The notes: generated by a model from the letters alone, not told the origin. Shown: positions 26,562 to 39,450, numbered from the whole stretch's first letter. The stretch is DNA of 63,825 nucleotides, filler included, from Phoronis australis (GCA_002633005.1; 8 parts of 8 records of this genome joined end to end with filler, not necessarily neighbours in it), one strand, 5' to 3'. A program made the numbers and translations.

Positions 26562-28269
26562 TTAATGACATCTTATTTACAACTGACAGTGGCAAATATG
26601 TGTGTGATTTTTTGACATAAATTTTTCAGATTTACAGACATAGTGGCAAAATGGCCAGGCTCCACACATGATTCGTTCATGTGGGCAAATTGTGGCCTTG
26701 AAGAAAAATTCTCGAGAGGCATAATCAGAGATGCCTGGTTACTTGGAGACTCTGGATACCCTCTGAAGCCCTACCTAATGACACCTCATTTAAAAGGACA
26801 CCTTGAAGTAACAGACAAAATGTTTAGAATATTAATTAATTTAAAATCTGGCAACATTCAGGTGTTCGGTGTAAACAAAGAATAAACACAAGGTGATCAT
26901 ATATATTACGTGATGTTTGTTTTGAAGTTCGTCTGCATGTGTGAGTGAGCGAGCGCGTGCGTGTCATCAGGTTTCATTTGCCAGAGTAAACGCGATGTAA
27001 CGATCGATGTGTGCAGTGTAACTACAAATATTAATGCAAGCAGTAAAGCAATACTTGTCTTTTTTAGCATTTGTTGATCTCATCTGCTAAAAACTTTCGA
27101 GAATTGTCTGGGTAAGGCCGATATTAAATGTCATTGAGTCGCCGGGTGACTGGATGCGTGACAGTCTAACAGTTATTTTCCGGGAGACTCAGGGGGTGTA
27201 CAGGTGTGGAAGGGTCCACTAGCAGTTCGTCATTTTGACTTTAATAACACCAGTTACGATTAAGTTAATAAATGCTCCTAAAAATAACGCGAACGTTTTT
27301 ACGGTATGAGAAACTTTCGGAAATAAGAGCCAATATCCATTTCCTGCCGATGCTATGCTACCCGCTTCGTGAATAGATAGTTACTTGTATGTAGCGCGCG
27401 CTCTTGGGTTGCTGCTTTAGAAGCTGGCCAAGTGTTTATTAGTCTTAGGTTCGCGGTTTTCACGTGCACACAGAATTTTGGACTCCTGTTGAGGGAGTAG
27501 ATGCAATACAATCCCTTTGACGAGTGTGCTGTGCCTATTCTGAAAGGCCACCACCGGCATAATCCGGAACACGTTCCTCGCAAGACCAGCCCAACTTATG
27601 GGTTCTTCATGAAGCACGGCAGAAGTTTGAAGTGTATAGTCACGGCTAAATACCAACATAGTGGCGAGGCTCGTGGTCTATGAATTCCGCGCACAATGAT
27701 TTTTTTGGGACTGTCGGATCTTATTGATGAATTGAAGACGTGACTATAGAGTTTTAGAACTGTAGGTAAGGCATTTTTCACATGAACACGCACGGGCTGG
27801 GTGCTTATTTTGGCGAAGTCTGGAAACGCGTGAAGGGGGGCTCTCATAGGGCGAATCTGGTATATAAAAATTGAAGACAGGAAAAAATATCCATAATTTC
27901 TCCACTGATTTATTTTTTCATTTGTCTTTGAATTAAAATCAAGCTATGGCATATATGAAATAGTCCAGTGATAATACTATGGCTAAAACTAACCCGACAG
28001 CTCACGCGCGTTTGTCAAGTAAGAAAGGCAAAGAGATACTTTGGAAGGCAAAAAAGATACTTAAAATGCAATCAGATTGCACGAGCTTTCATTTGGTCGT
28101 CGTCTGCACTGGTTCATAGACATAACGCATCGCTGTCATCAGAATATATGTGAGAGGTATTTTTGTTGCGAAGTGAGCTATTTTCTAGCACCAAATATAT
28201 CGTGGTGACAAGGCCAAAGGCAAGAAGGCCCGTGGCCGTGGTCTTGATGAGTGAGTTTAATACACTAAC

Positions 28270-28418
28270 CTTGACGCTATGTGAAGCCAAGCATCTCGCT
28301 TGGAGCTTTGTGTGACAGAGGATGAAAATTTGGAAGATAAAACGTCATTGTGCTCGGCCACACCAGCAACCAAGCGAGATAGCTCCGCTACCGAAAAGTT
28401 CGGCTTCCTTTTGTCCAT
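28270..28418 (-). CDS. Harbinger Myb/SANT-like protein, first exon only
   Basis: MDKRKPNFSVAELSRLVAGVAEHNDVLSSKFSSSVTQSSKRDAWLHIAS followed by a gttagt donor. Confidence 0.85.
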
Positions 28419-28554
28419 GTCGTCTGCTGCAAAAGCGCTTCTTTCTCCACCTCCAAGCTTTGAAACTTCCACATCCGGTAAGCTACGTCAAAACTTAAGT
28501 CAAAAACTTAAGACGAACTTAAGATCACTTTCTTGGAACGGACTTAAGACAAAC

Positions 28555-28960
28555 TTCTCAACACCTTATCCAAAGTTTTAGAATATATATTTCTCATCAC
28601 GTTTGATCCCCTTTCGGCTCAAAATCTCAACTATCGTTGCCAGTTTGGATTCATACCTGGAATTAGCACTAGTCCGAACTTACAGAAATTGTATATGAAA
28701 TCCATCTCCAGTTTGAGGAACGTGAAATCAGTGTTTTTAGACATTGCATCAGCATTTGAGGTCGTTCGTCATGGCCTGCTTGTACATATCTTACAATATT
28801 ACGCTTTCTCAGGCATTCTCTTCCTACTTTTAAATTCATGTATTGAATGCCGAACTTACAAAGTCAGAACTGAGAGTGACTTCGCACTCTGATCAACACC
28901 AGGTTACGTAAATGTTGGAGTACAACAACGTAGCGTAAAAGGCCCCGTATTCTTATTTGT
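28555..28960 (+). mobile_element. Decayed LINE reverse transcriptase, segment 2
   Basis: QFGFIPGIST...VFLDIASAFEVVRHGLL...GVQQRSVKGP. Confidence 0.8.
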
Positions 28961-29199
28961 ATGATTTTTTCATTATAGTGACGTGTTCAGATGGATTAAA
29001 CCAATAAACACGTGTCAAAACAGAAACACCCAGCCCACCGCGGGGCTTTTACGTCACCTTAAATATATGGAAAAACAAAATAGAAAAAACAATTGTACAC
29101 GCATTGCAAGATGACGAAAAAGAAAACACAGTCATGGAAGTGATTATATATCAATAAACATTTCCGTATTTCAAAACATTTTTGATGAAGACTACAATT

Positions 29200-30110
29200 T
29201 TGCTGATAATATAGTTTTGCATAATTGTAATTAATCTACTTTCCTAGCTTTTTGTCTCAACTTCAGAGTAAAATGCGCTTCTGGCATTTAAGAGACGAAC
29301 ACTCAAACTGAAATTGTATTTCAGTTTCAATCTGACCAGTGCGACAAATTCTATCATCAAATTCTAGAGAAGGAAAACGCCAAACCTCAACCAATAGCTG
29401 TAGGGTTTCGGTTCTAATTTGAGCAAGAATTTACCTACCTGACCGAGTTAAATTTAACTGCACGTAATATTCAACGTCATAAACATTCTTCATCAAAATA
29501 TATGTTCTTCTCTTTGGTTTCCATTCAAACAACCACCTATTACAGGCCAAATCATGCAAAATGTTCTTACAGTGAGAATGGTTATTAAATGTAAATCATG
29601 AAAAAAATCCAAATTCCCTAATTCTTCAAAAATGTTCAAAACTTCAGAAGACCAATCATTAGTACAGGTTGTGTAGTCCCACCAAAATATTCGATATGTT
29701 TGTCTATCTTCGTCGAAATTAAGAGCACGATTCCACATTCTCAAGAGCTCAATTTTCCGCCACACACTGGAAAATTCCCACCCTATGTCAACCACAACAA
29801 CATGATTAGAGACGATTTTGTGAACACCCAAGAAATAACGCGTGGCTCTATTCTGAATAACGTCATAATCCACTAAACTAGAGCCACCCCAGATTCATAC
29901 ACAATAGTCCCTAGCAGGCATAACGCATGCATTGAATAATAGTGACTTTTCTATACCTCATAAACATTCATTTTTTCTAATTTATTAATTAATGCGCCCA
30001 ACGCTCTTCCGGCAGATTCGGACAGAGATTTGCAGTTTCAGAAACCTTAAAATGTTCGTTTAGAATTTTTCTTACATATACATATATTTGGGCACAAAGT
30101 CTAGGTCTAA
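29200..30110 (-). mobile_element. 3' part of a second LINE inserted antisense
   Basis: IQNRATRYFLGVHK...DIGW...LLRMWNR, then a decayed C-terminal Cys/His knuckle region. Confidence 0.7.
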
Positions 30111-30139
30111 TCATCCTTAAAGAAACGAAAAAACTACGA

Positions 30140-30580
30140 TAGACGTGTTTGGATCTGAAGTGAACAATTTGGAGAGATAAAATTTAAACCTGGAAAAAGG
30201 GTTGGTCTTGTCTTCTCTAAGTTTGATAACACTACTTTTCAAACAAATCCAACGCTGGATCTGTCATTCAATGGCGAAGTTATTTCCCGAGGGCATACAC
30301 GTGAACAATGGGGCTTGCTTCTAGACAATAGCCTTCAATTTATTCCTCGCTATCAAGAACTCGTTCAAAAATTACAAAAATTTATTAACCATGTGACAAT
30401 CCTCTCTCTTCACCTTAACTCCATCCATGTTGAAACTATGTTGAAATATTTTGTCATTCCACATCTGGATTACTGTGACATCATCTACCAGTCAGCAAAG
30501 GCAGGCATACTTCTTCAATTAGAAAGACTACAATACCAAGCAGCTTTAGTTATAACAGGAGCTTACTCTAATGCAGAAGC
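30140..30580 (+). mobile_element. Decayed LINE ORF2, segment 3
   Basis: GLLLDNSLQF...YFVIPHLDYCDIIY...LERLQYQAALVITGA. Confidence 0.8.
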
Positions 30581-30585
30581 AGCTG

Positions 30586-30752
30586 TAATTATTAATCAGA
30601 GTTGAATTAACAAAACAGGGTTGCCTCTATTTTTCCATAATTTTTGCTCATTCTACCCCTCCCTCCTTATACGTATGAGCGGCGGAAAGGGCAAAAATTG
30701 TGAAAAAAGAAAATCAACTATGTTTTGTAAGTTCAACTATGTTGAATAAATT
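30586..30752. mobile_element. Old fold-back MITE
   Basis: Imperfect arms agttgaattaacaaaacagggttg / caactatgttttgtaagttcaact. Confidence 0.5.
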
Positions 30753-30859
30753 CCATCCTAAATATAGTTCAATCCTGTTTTTCAAATTCAATTCTAATTA
30801 ATTCATCCAAACGAATCCAATAAAAAATCAAACCTGTTTGAGATTTCATCTTAGTTTGA

Positions 30860-31100
30860 AGAGTCCCAGTGTTTTGGGATTAACTATATGCTGCTATTTG
30901 AAACCAAACGACAAAATCAGTCAGCACTGAAGCTTGAAATTGGCGATAACACGACCTGTAGCATTGTCAAAATGACTGCTGATGCCAACAGTTTTACTAT
31001 TGGAAAACTTTGGGTGCTGAAATTATTTTGTTTCGTTCTACTAGACGGTATAGTAGATGCAAAAATGTAGGAGTTGCGAATCTGTTGTTTACAATCTATG
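30860..31100 (-). mobile_element. Fragment of CATAGA-terminus transposon family; other fragments at ~31700-31980 and 34594-34980
   Basis: ggagttgcgaatctgttgtttacaatctatg is the reverse complement (2 mismatches) of catagattatagacaacagattcgcaactcc at 34594; internal sequence also shared. Confidence 0.65.
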
Positions 31101-32359
31101 AAGAGACCGATGGTTATGTAAAAAAATGGCGTTTACTAAACTTATATTGCTTTTAAAAACGGGTAAGGTGAGTTTTGCTTGACTCACAGATTTTGCAGGG
31201 ACCACGCCGGTCTTGTTTCTTAAGATTCACCACGACATGACAAGCATTTACCCTGAAACTGGAGATGAACACAATGTGGTGCCCTAATTATTTTGACGAT
31301 ACTCTCCATACAATTAGATTGCTGGCTACTTACTTTTCAGCTCGACCACCTGTGGCTTCGAAAACCAAAACAACATGAAGCTGATAATCATACATGAAAA
31401 TCTAGCTTCCATATTTTTAAGTGAAGTTGAAGTTGCGCGTGTGCGTTCACCATTTGACGCTCTTCGTGTGCACGGATATCAGTTCACAGTTGCAAAGTTG
31501 TAAAGCAACGTAGCACTATCTCGCATCACGTCGTCATTGTTGAACAATATGCCTATCGTCATGTAGCAATCAAACTTATCCAACGGATAACTTTAAAGTT
31601 TTATGCAATTGTGCCTTCGCAACTAATACATTTTCCTTTTGAATATCTCAGATTAGGCGCTATTCTATTCAACTGCGAATCTCACTTTCCAGATATTGTA
31701 TCGTGCATCTGTTTTGCTGTTAAGTACAACAAAACAAAACAATTTCGGCATTGAAAATCTGTTCAAAGTCTTTGAAGAGTAATTTTTTGGTGATCGTTAG
31801 TACTTTTGGCAATGCTAGATGTCGTGGTATTGCAAAATCAAACTTTATTCCTGATTGAATTTGTCGTCGGCTTGCATTTAGCAGAATACTTTACGATTAT
31901 TCCAAATAGTTTGGGGTTTTGGGTTCTTGTATTGAGAATATTACAGAATGGGTGTGAGCACAAATTTCAAAGAGTATCTGTAAAATATTGGTTTCATTAA
32001 TGCCCATGCACTTACGCTGCATTGTGTTGTTTGTCGCCACTTGTAATTACCCCCTCCCCTACCCCATTTTATCTGTTTTCCGGTAATATAAGACGGCTTT
32101 ACAAAAGATGTGGTTGTCTGTCTTTCTTATCGTTCACAATCCTACGACCCAGCACGGGCGACGAGGATGGGATTTCTTGTTTAAATCTTTCTAGTTCTTT
32201 TATTTTTGCCGTGGCTTGTCTCGTCGGACGTTTGGGATATTTGCTAATAAAACTGAACGTTTTTAGTTGTGGCATACTTGTTTCCAAAATTTTGTCAAGG
32301 CAAATGATGTGTCGGCTGATAGACAAAAAGCGACTTGACTTTCCTGGCAAATATTGATG

Positions 32360-32642
32360 CTTAGCCCTACGGTGTGTTGTCAAATCTTTCTTATCGAAGA
32401 AACTAGAGGACGTGGAATCATTACAAGTAGTATCAAAACTGCGTATACCGGGTACAATTGTGATGACCGAGCGGAATCGTTTTGCAAGGCGGGACAAACA
32501 CCGGAGGAGAAAATAGCTGATTTCATCGTAGGGTTGAAACAGTTGTCTAGATATTATTAACTCGGTGACTTTCTGGATCAGGATCTGCGGGACAAACTGG
32601 TATGTGGTTTATGTTCAGTTCCTATTCAGTAAAAGTTGTTGA
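32360..32642 (+). mobile_element. Gypsy-type gag remnant
   Basis: GQTPEEKIADFIVGLKQLSRYY*LGDFLDQDLRDKLVCGL. Confidence 0.7.
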
Positions 32643-34593
32643 CACATCACCATTTTTTGTCCGACCGGTCGGAAATTGGTCGACGACCGGCCGTCGACCG
32701 GTCGGCAAATTAGCAAACGGTCGGCTAAAAATTGGCCAACGGCATCCGCCGCAGTGTCGACTCATAAGGCGACCCACAGCTGGCCCTTCATCCGACCGGC
32801 CATCAGCCGACCAGCTGGTCGGCTGCTATTTTTAGGCGTCAAATAAATTAACTTAGTTTTACCGTCTCCGTTACATGAGTTCACATCGGCTGTATAACAC
32901 CACTAATTCGAAGGTTGAATATCATTGAATTATGGACAGTGCAACAAGTTTTGGATAAAAAACTTGAAAGTTTTTTCAACATTTGATCTTTAATTTGACT
33001 CCTGACGTTACCAAGCTGCATTAGATTGGTTGCTTCGAGGTCAATACAACGCTGTAGTCATTTTGTAAACGCAGCTATTTTTGACAGTCTTCACCCACGA
33101 TTGTTTTTTGTTTGTATTACGCCAAAGTGCATCTTTTTGCGTTATTAAAATTCTCCACGGGTCTCCTATCACGTGCCCATGATGATGGGATAGTGAGTGA
33201 GTTGTTACACCGAAGAGCTCTCACTCCGGGTTTTTTATTTTCATATGATTAACCCTTGCAGTACAGACGCGAACTAACTTCGAAATCATATGGTTACTAT
33301 TTTCACGAACTTAGACAGTGACATCAAACACGGAATAAACACTCCTGAGGCAACAACCAATTCTAGCTTTGCGCATTCCGTTTTTACTGCATCGGTGACG
33401 ATAAACTCTGCGCTAGTTACATGTATCAGTTCTTCGCTCACGTTGTTCCAAAAATAAATAGTTTCTGTCAACAAAATATTGACAAATTATATAACATAAA
33501 ACAATTTTGAACGGGAAGATGTGACTTCGTGGTGAAGAGGTATTTGTCTCTACACGGCATATTTGCGTGAATCTTTGGTAAAGCGATGTAGAAAAATGAT
33601 AGAAAATAAACCACGGTGCAGAATAATTCTTCTGTGTTCAGCTGTAAGAAGACTTACAACAATCTTAAAAAATCCCAGCATGAGAGCGATTCATCAGAAA
33701 TGTCAAGCACATACAGCGTAGTGAGACAGACACGTTGGCGTTTCCGTATGTCCACAAAAGTGCTTTGAGCAGTGTGTACAAATCTGTTAACTTCGCTTTT
33801 CTACACTGACGAATATGGCCAACACGGTGTTTTAAAAAAGTCCACTTTTGAGGCCATTTTCAACAATTAATATGTTTGGTTTAAGCATTCAGAGAGTCGG
33901 TGCACACGTCGTACATTAAATGTACTCGTGGGAAAAAAAGTATCCGCGTAAAGAAAGAGTTGCGTTTTCAAAACTCAGAGACGTGTGTTGTCAGGACCCT
34001 ACATTAATAAACCGAGGCCAAGTACAAAGCACGTCTTCAAAATTTAGATAAACAAAGTTTACGGCATACTGATTACAGGGTCACTGACTCGGAGCACGTT
34101 CTTAGGCACATGTATATTGTAATATCGATTGAATTATGAGTTATAACTGTGAATAGCACGTACGCGTACAATAAGCCATTCACATTTATATCTGATCACA
34201 ATTCACCCCCTGCTTTGAAAACAAAGAACCGTTTAGATAATTTTCGGAAAGAACGTGAACTAAAATGATAGGACAAACACTACATGCCATAGTCGAGATT
34301 CTACATTCGAAGACCGTTTTTGTGAGAAAGAAACTTTCAATAGGAGAAGTTTGTAATGACACCTAAATAAATATTCCTTAGAGTAGACGCGAAACGCTTA
34401 GTACATGTATTGTGTTCTTACTCCAAAGGGCTCGGCCTTGGTGGAAGATGTTTACTAAATTAAATACACAACTTTGCGCCGTTATGGGTAAGAACTGGCC
34501 GAATAAAACCTTCCTTGAGTAATCTAAATCATTTAACGACGTTCCAAAAACTACTTCACTACAGTTATCCTGCTGCTAAAACTGTGGTGTGAT

Positions 34594-34980
34594 CATAGAT
34601 TATAGACAACAGATTCGCAACTCCGGCATATCCTTACGTGCTGAGTTGAACTCTCCTGTCCTATCTGCTGCAGTTTCCGGTCAGTGTATTTTGACGAGAA
34701 ATACTTGCATCTACTTTACTGTCCAAAACAACGAAAAAAATATTAATTAATATTAATTTCGGCATTGAAACGCTTTTCAAAGTCTTTCAATAGTAGAAGT
34801 GTGGGTATTATGAGTACTTTTGGTTATGCTACTGGTAATTAATTACAAAATTCAAACTTCGGTGCCGACTGATTATGTCGTCTGCTTGCCCAATAGCAGC
34901 ATAGTTATCGGACAGTTTTTGATTTACGGTTCACATAGGCCTACTGAGAAAACTACAAAAGCGTGTTTATAAATCAACAT
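34594..34980 (+). mobile_element. Left end of CATAGA-terminus transposon family
   Basis: Begins catagattatagacaac, identical to the first 17 nt of the 28-bp micro-element. Confidence 0.65.
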
Positions 34981-34994
34981 TCTCAAGTGACCAG

Positions 34995-35040
34995 TTCTTC
35001 TGGAAAGTGTTGAGTGGCCCTTAAAAGGGCTGTTGGTTGT
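34995..35040 (-). terminator. Histone-type 3' stem-loop and putative histone downstream element
   Basis: Minus strand ACAACCAAC-AGCCCT-TTTA-AGGGCC-ACTCA (hairpin 35016-35031, basal pair mismatched), then CCAGAAGAAC. Confidence 0.7.
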
Positions 35041-35083
35041 AGGTATAGCGTGAAATGATTCTTAAAAAAAAACGTTGAATAAT

Positions 35084-35401
35084 TTAACATAAATCACACA
35101 GTATACCATGCTCACTCATGTACTGAAGATCCTCTTCATTCAAGTTTTCATCTGGGAAGGTTGGATGAAAACAGAGGAGATGACAATATCTATGACAGTT
35201 GTAACACCTTAGATAGATATTACCGTTCACCGACGTTGTCACGAACCCTGCATCGTTCAGTTCTTGTTCCTGTATCCACAAATAATCCTGAACTGTAGGA
35301 AAAAAATGACAAACAACACAACGAATCAAATTTCGAAAATCATCGCCTTCGTACGATTTCGTGTTGCTGTCACCAGACTGATGTTCTTCTCCAACATCCA
35401 T
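35084..35401 (-). CDS. Intronless 105-aa PHD-finger-only protein
   Basis: ATG at 35401; CVVC...CYNC-x4-H-x2-C...CDLC* gives complete C4HC3 spacing; acidic loops; open frame. Confidence 0.75.
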   Translation of the reverse strand: MDVGEEHQSGDSNTKSYEGDDFRNLIRCVVCHFFPTVQDYLWIQEQELNDAGFVTTSVNGNIYLRCYNCHRYCHLLCFHPTFPDENLNEEDLQYMSEHGILCDLC

Positions 35402-36216
35402 CGTGCGAAAAGGCCACGCTTCTTTTCCCAACTACACCCGGAAGAGCTGGGTTCTGTGCGCGCGCAGGGAGGTCAAGTAGGTGACCTCTACATTAACCTA
35501 TTTTATTACCGGATGCTCTATGTGACCTCTTTCTGGTTTCCGGCATTGCTGAGACAGAAACTCAACTGCGATTTCAAGCGATTATTTAGCGAAAATCTAC
35601 CTGCTTTACTACTTCTGCTGCAAAATCACTCGACTGTGCTCATTGTTAACGTGTTCAGGATTCCTGTTGTGTAGTTGTAATTACCTTGTTGTGCATAATC
35701 TTTCACTTTGAGCGTCATTTTTGGATCGTTTGTTTTAATAGTGTTAAAGGGCTAGAATAATTGTTTTGTTACCTTGGTAACTACTTATAAGTTATTTTTC
35801 CTTAGTATTCCTGGGTATTAGTTGATTCTAATATAAGTTTTAGATTTTCAGACATCAGGTCAGCTTTGAACNGATCGTTTGTTTTAATAGTGTTAAAGGG
35901 CTAGAATAATTGTTTTGTTACCTTGGTAACTACTTATAAGTTATTTTTCGTTAGTATTCCTGGGTATTAGTTGATTCTAATATAAGTTTTAGATTTTCAG
36001 ACATCAGGTCACCTTTGAACAATCAGGGAAGAATGAGGGTGAGTTCTTGGAACATTATTTTCTTAAATGATATCTTGTGTAGGCCTAGCTGTTACTACAT
36101 GCCCATTCATTTGTCCTAGGATAGAGTTTTGTAACGTCACTAGTCATTTCCTTGCGGCCATGTCAACATGACTTTATCCTTATACTCTTCCAGATATTTT
36201 TGTTATTTGGTTTCAG

Positions 36217-37593
36217 AGACGACGGACTTCACCCATCGAGGGAGGGTAACCGGGTCCTTCATGAACACTTAAACTCTACTCTGGCTGCAACGTTGGATAA
36301 CCGATACTTCATTTGGACGAAAGATGACTTTCCCACACTTTCAGATGAGCAGTGCGTATTCTTATTTGTACTCAGTCAAAGTTTCGAAATTTCCAAAAAA
36401 ATGCAAATAGTGTAACGTAGTATTGTATGTGTTCAGTACCTTTTATGATTTTGCCGCATTTTCTTCTAGTACCGAGCCCTTATGCCAGACAGGTGTTGCT
36501 TATCGAGATGCACTGCTGAGACTGCCAACAATAAGTCCAGTTGAAGTACAAGTTGAAGTAGAGGTTGATCGTGTGGAAGTTGGAAAAAGTGAAGATCAAA
36601 GTAATTCNTACAAGTACATTGAGAGCAGCCGCAACATCAGCATCGACTTGCAAGTACACAGTGGAAGATGTGTTAGTTTTTGCTTTGACTGAAATGACTG
36701 AAGAAAGCTATGACCCCTATTGCCCACTAGTGCCAATTGTTGAAAGGTCAAAGGGAACTTTTTGTGGACGAAAAATGAAGAGATCCACCAAAAGAAACAA
36801 TTTTCATGAAGTCGTACAATCGGGGATAAAAAGTTTGGGACAACATGCTCTGGCTTCCAAACAATCAAAACATAAGAGTTGTGCTAATGACAACCATCCT
36901 TTTGTTGTGCCAGAGATAAGTCCACTTGAAGTACAAGTTGAAGTAGAGGTTGATCGTGTAGAAGTTGGAAAAAGTGAAGATCAAAGTAATTCTATCACTA
37001 GTACTAGAACTAAAGTTCCGACTAAAGTTCTTCCTGAGTTACAGGGGTGCACAACATGCATTTTAGAAGGTGTTAAAAAGCCTTTCAAGTTTACCAATGA
37101 TAAAGCACTGGACAAGCACATACAATTGAAACATAGGAGTAGGTTTTGCGTGTATTGTCATGAAAATGGAAGAAGAGCAAATTTTAACAATTTAAAGGAA
37201 TTTCGTACACACCTAAAAGAACATTCTATTGCTAAGAACACCTTTGCAGTGAAGGACGCATGCATAACAAAAATTAAAAAACTTCCTCACAAACAACTTC
37301 AGAAGCTTGCTGACTAGAAGCATTCTGGGTTAGCAAATATAGCGCAGCATAAACTGGAGACAAATTTAAAGTCCAAGCGAAGGCAAAAGCCAATAACAAA
37401 ACTTGCACATTTTTTCTGTCCTATTTGTCAGTTGGAGTGTGCTGATCCAGATACTGATGACAGCGCTGAGCCATCTATACAGTGTGACAAGTGTTTCCAC
37501 TGGTACCATTTTAAATGCTGTAATGTAATAGTTGCACCTCCAAACAACCAGGAATGGTTTTGCTTTAGTTGCGATCCTATGCATTCGGATTAA
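36217..37593 (+). pseudogene. SGNH-motif / 2xC2H2 zinc finger / PHD finger gene with one in-frame TAG
   Basis: Exon 36217-36351 (DDGLHPSREGNRVL...DDFPTL). Exon from 36470 has a duplicated VEVQVEVEVDRVEVGKSEDQSN block, CTTC..H..H and CVYC..H..H, TAG at 37315, then in-frame CPIC...IQCDKCFHWYHFKC...WFCFSC and TAA at 37593. Frame across the N at 36608 is uncertain. Confidence 0.7.
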
Positions 37594-39284
37594 GTAATCA
37601 GTCTCAAAACATTACCAAATGTTTATCACATATTAACTAATTATCTAATGAGCCACCAAATCAACAAACAGTATATGAGCCATCAAATCAAAAAAAAATT
37701 AAATCCTTACGTTCATGTTTGTTCAACCTCTGTAAGCTCTGAAGTATCTTTTGAGTATGTTCATACAATTCCCACTCATTGTTGTGCAGCTGAGAAACTT
37801 TCAATCAATTGATATCATTCTGTTTTCTTCTAATTTCTGGTTTTTGTTTTTGGGATGCTGAATCCACGATGGCTTTGATATAAAACTGGAATGATACTGA
37901 CAATGTAGTCACTTGTGAAAACAAGGTAAATGGTGGTTTAAAGCTCTTGAAATGGAAATGGGAGTCCTGTCATAGTAAGCAATATTGCGAGACTGATTTT
38001 TGGGTGGAATTGTATCTATTAATTTTGGCAACTAATTGTTTAGGAAATGAAGTTATAAGATTAGAGTTTTTTTTTCTGAGAGTCATTGTGTCTAATCCAT
38101 TGTATTGATACTAGATAGAGTAATTTCAGTTATGTTTCAGTTGTCTACTGCAACATGTACGTTTTCTGATTTTGTTCCTTGTGCACATAGTGGGTTAGAA
38201 TTTTGTTGAAAGCTGTAAATCCTGAGTGTCATTCACACACAATTAAACATTTTGAAATTGACATACAAGTGTAGTGATAGCAGTTCTTTGCTATGTTCAT
38301 GGCTGAGAAGATAACTTTCTGATTGTTGGAATACCTGCAATGTCTTAAGTGCGGATATTCCTGAATGGATACAGGTGGAAAGAAGGTCTTTTTCACAAAT
38401 TTGACTCTTTCGGCATATACTGTATAAATTCCTGTCCACTTTATTATATATTTTAAAATGTATTATGAATATTTGATGAATTGAACAGAGTTGGTTTCAA
38501 AACTTACTTTCAAAAATGTACCAGTTATGTTTAGCATGTCTACTTGGAGCCACTTTAATGATTTTTCCTTTTCCAGGTTGGACCCCACCACGCCTAACTC
38601 CGCCAAGCTGCATCATACTGTATGTACAATCATGTGTTGCATCTTGCCAGTCCCAAGCCTGGAGAAAGGAGGAGGGGGCGTTTTTATGACTTACCCAACA
38701 AATGGTTTCAGTTTGCACAGCCGTATATAGGGGCACCCCTGTGGGTACTACAAACAAACTGTTGGTATGTTATTAATGTCTTAACAGACCTGTCATAAGT
38801 TGTGGTTGACCCCTTCTCACGACATCCACATTCTGCAGTTCACGAGCTCTAACAAGCATAGGTGTATGTACTTGTACAAGTGGGTGCATGCTAGGGTTGA
38901 TGAGTGAATGAGTGTGCTATTGGCTACTGACCCTTCAATTATTGGTGACCATAGTTATTTGTAATCACCCATATATGTTTATATATATAGATCTATATTT
39001 GTATGCACAGATGTGTTATAAATTAATAAATATACAGTTCTCAATGAATGTTTGAAACTGGAATGTCAAGAGTGTTTATTTATCTTGGAAGAACTTGGAC
39101 AGGGCAATTAAGCTGTTGAGTACATTATGTGGTAAGACAAAAAATGCTAAGCAATTCAGCTTGATTGCAACATATAGGGCCATCCCAGGTTACTTCAGTT
39201 TCAGCAAGAACTTTCCCATGTTATTTTTTCTTGTATGATTATTTAAAAGGTTTTCTCAGATGCATTACTTAATTTGTCCTTCCA

Positions 39285-39450
39285 ATGCCAGCAAATAATT
39301 ACTGCTGTGCTGTGGGCTGCAACTTGGACGCGAAAAAATTGATAAACTGGACAAACATTCGAAGATGCGTGATCTGAAATTCTTCACCTTCCTGATATAA
39401 TTGAGAAACACAAATATGTGCTTATTTCCAAAATTATGACGCCCGCTTTG
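39285..39450 (+). pseudogene. THAP-domain remnant
   Basis: MPANNYCCAVGC...LDKHSKMRDLKFFTF with a frameshift; related to 41250-41486. Confidence 0.55.

Larger units (their letters stand above)
25433..26790 (+). pseudogene. Harbinger (HARBI1-like) DDE transposase
   Basis: Exon 25433-25991 (ALRFYATGSFQ...VVGCVDGSLVAI...CRKGFHAINVQ) and exon 26630-~26790 (WPGSTHDS...LLGDSGYPLKPYLMTP). TGA at 25598, 35-bp insertion, 3' truncated. Confidence 0.9.
25240..28554. mobile_element. PIF/Harbinger transposon, defective, right TIR deleted
   Basis: Left TIR ggggcccgttccaaga; cttaag-rich subterminal repeats at both ends; convergent transposase and Myb/SANT genes. Confidence 0.9.

Noticed and set aside
27417-27847. 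THAP-like gene inside the Harbinger
   Set aside because: Only faint resemblance (GIVLHLLP); the conserved Cys, Trp and His residues were not recoverable.
32648-32830. CCGACCGG-rich stretch as a TIR pairing with 39655-39695
   Set aside because: Only an 11-nt core is shared and there is no TSD; probably unrelated element ends.
35724-36020. 148-bp tandem duplication
   Set aside because: The two near-identical copies are separated by a single N, typical of an unmerged allelic contig overlap.
37645-37695. Second histone stem-loop after the + strand PHD gene (gagccaccaaatc, twice approximately)
   Set aside because: It resembles only the 3' half; the 5' arm is absent, so no hairpin forms.
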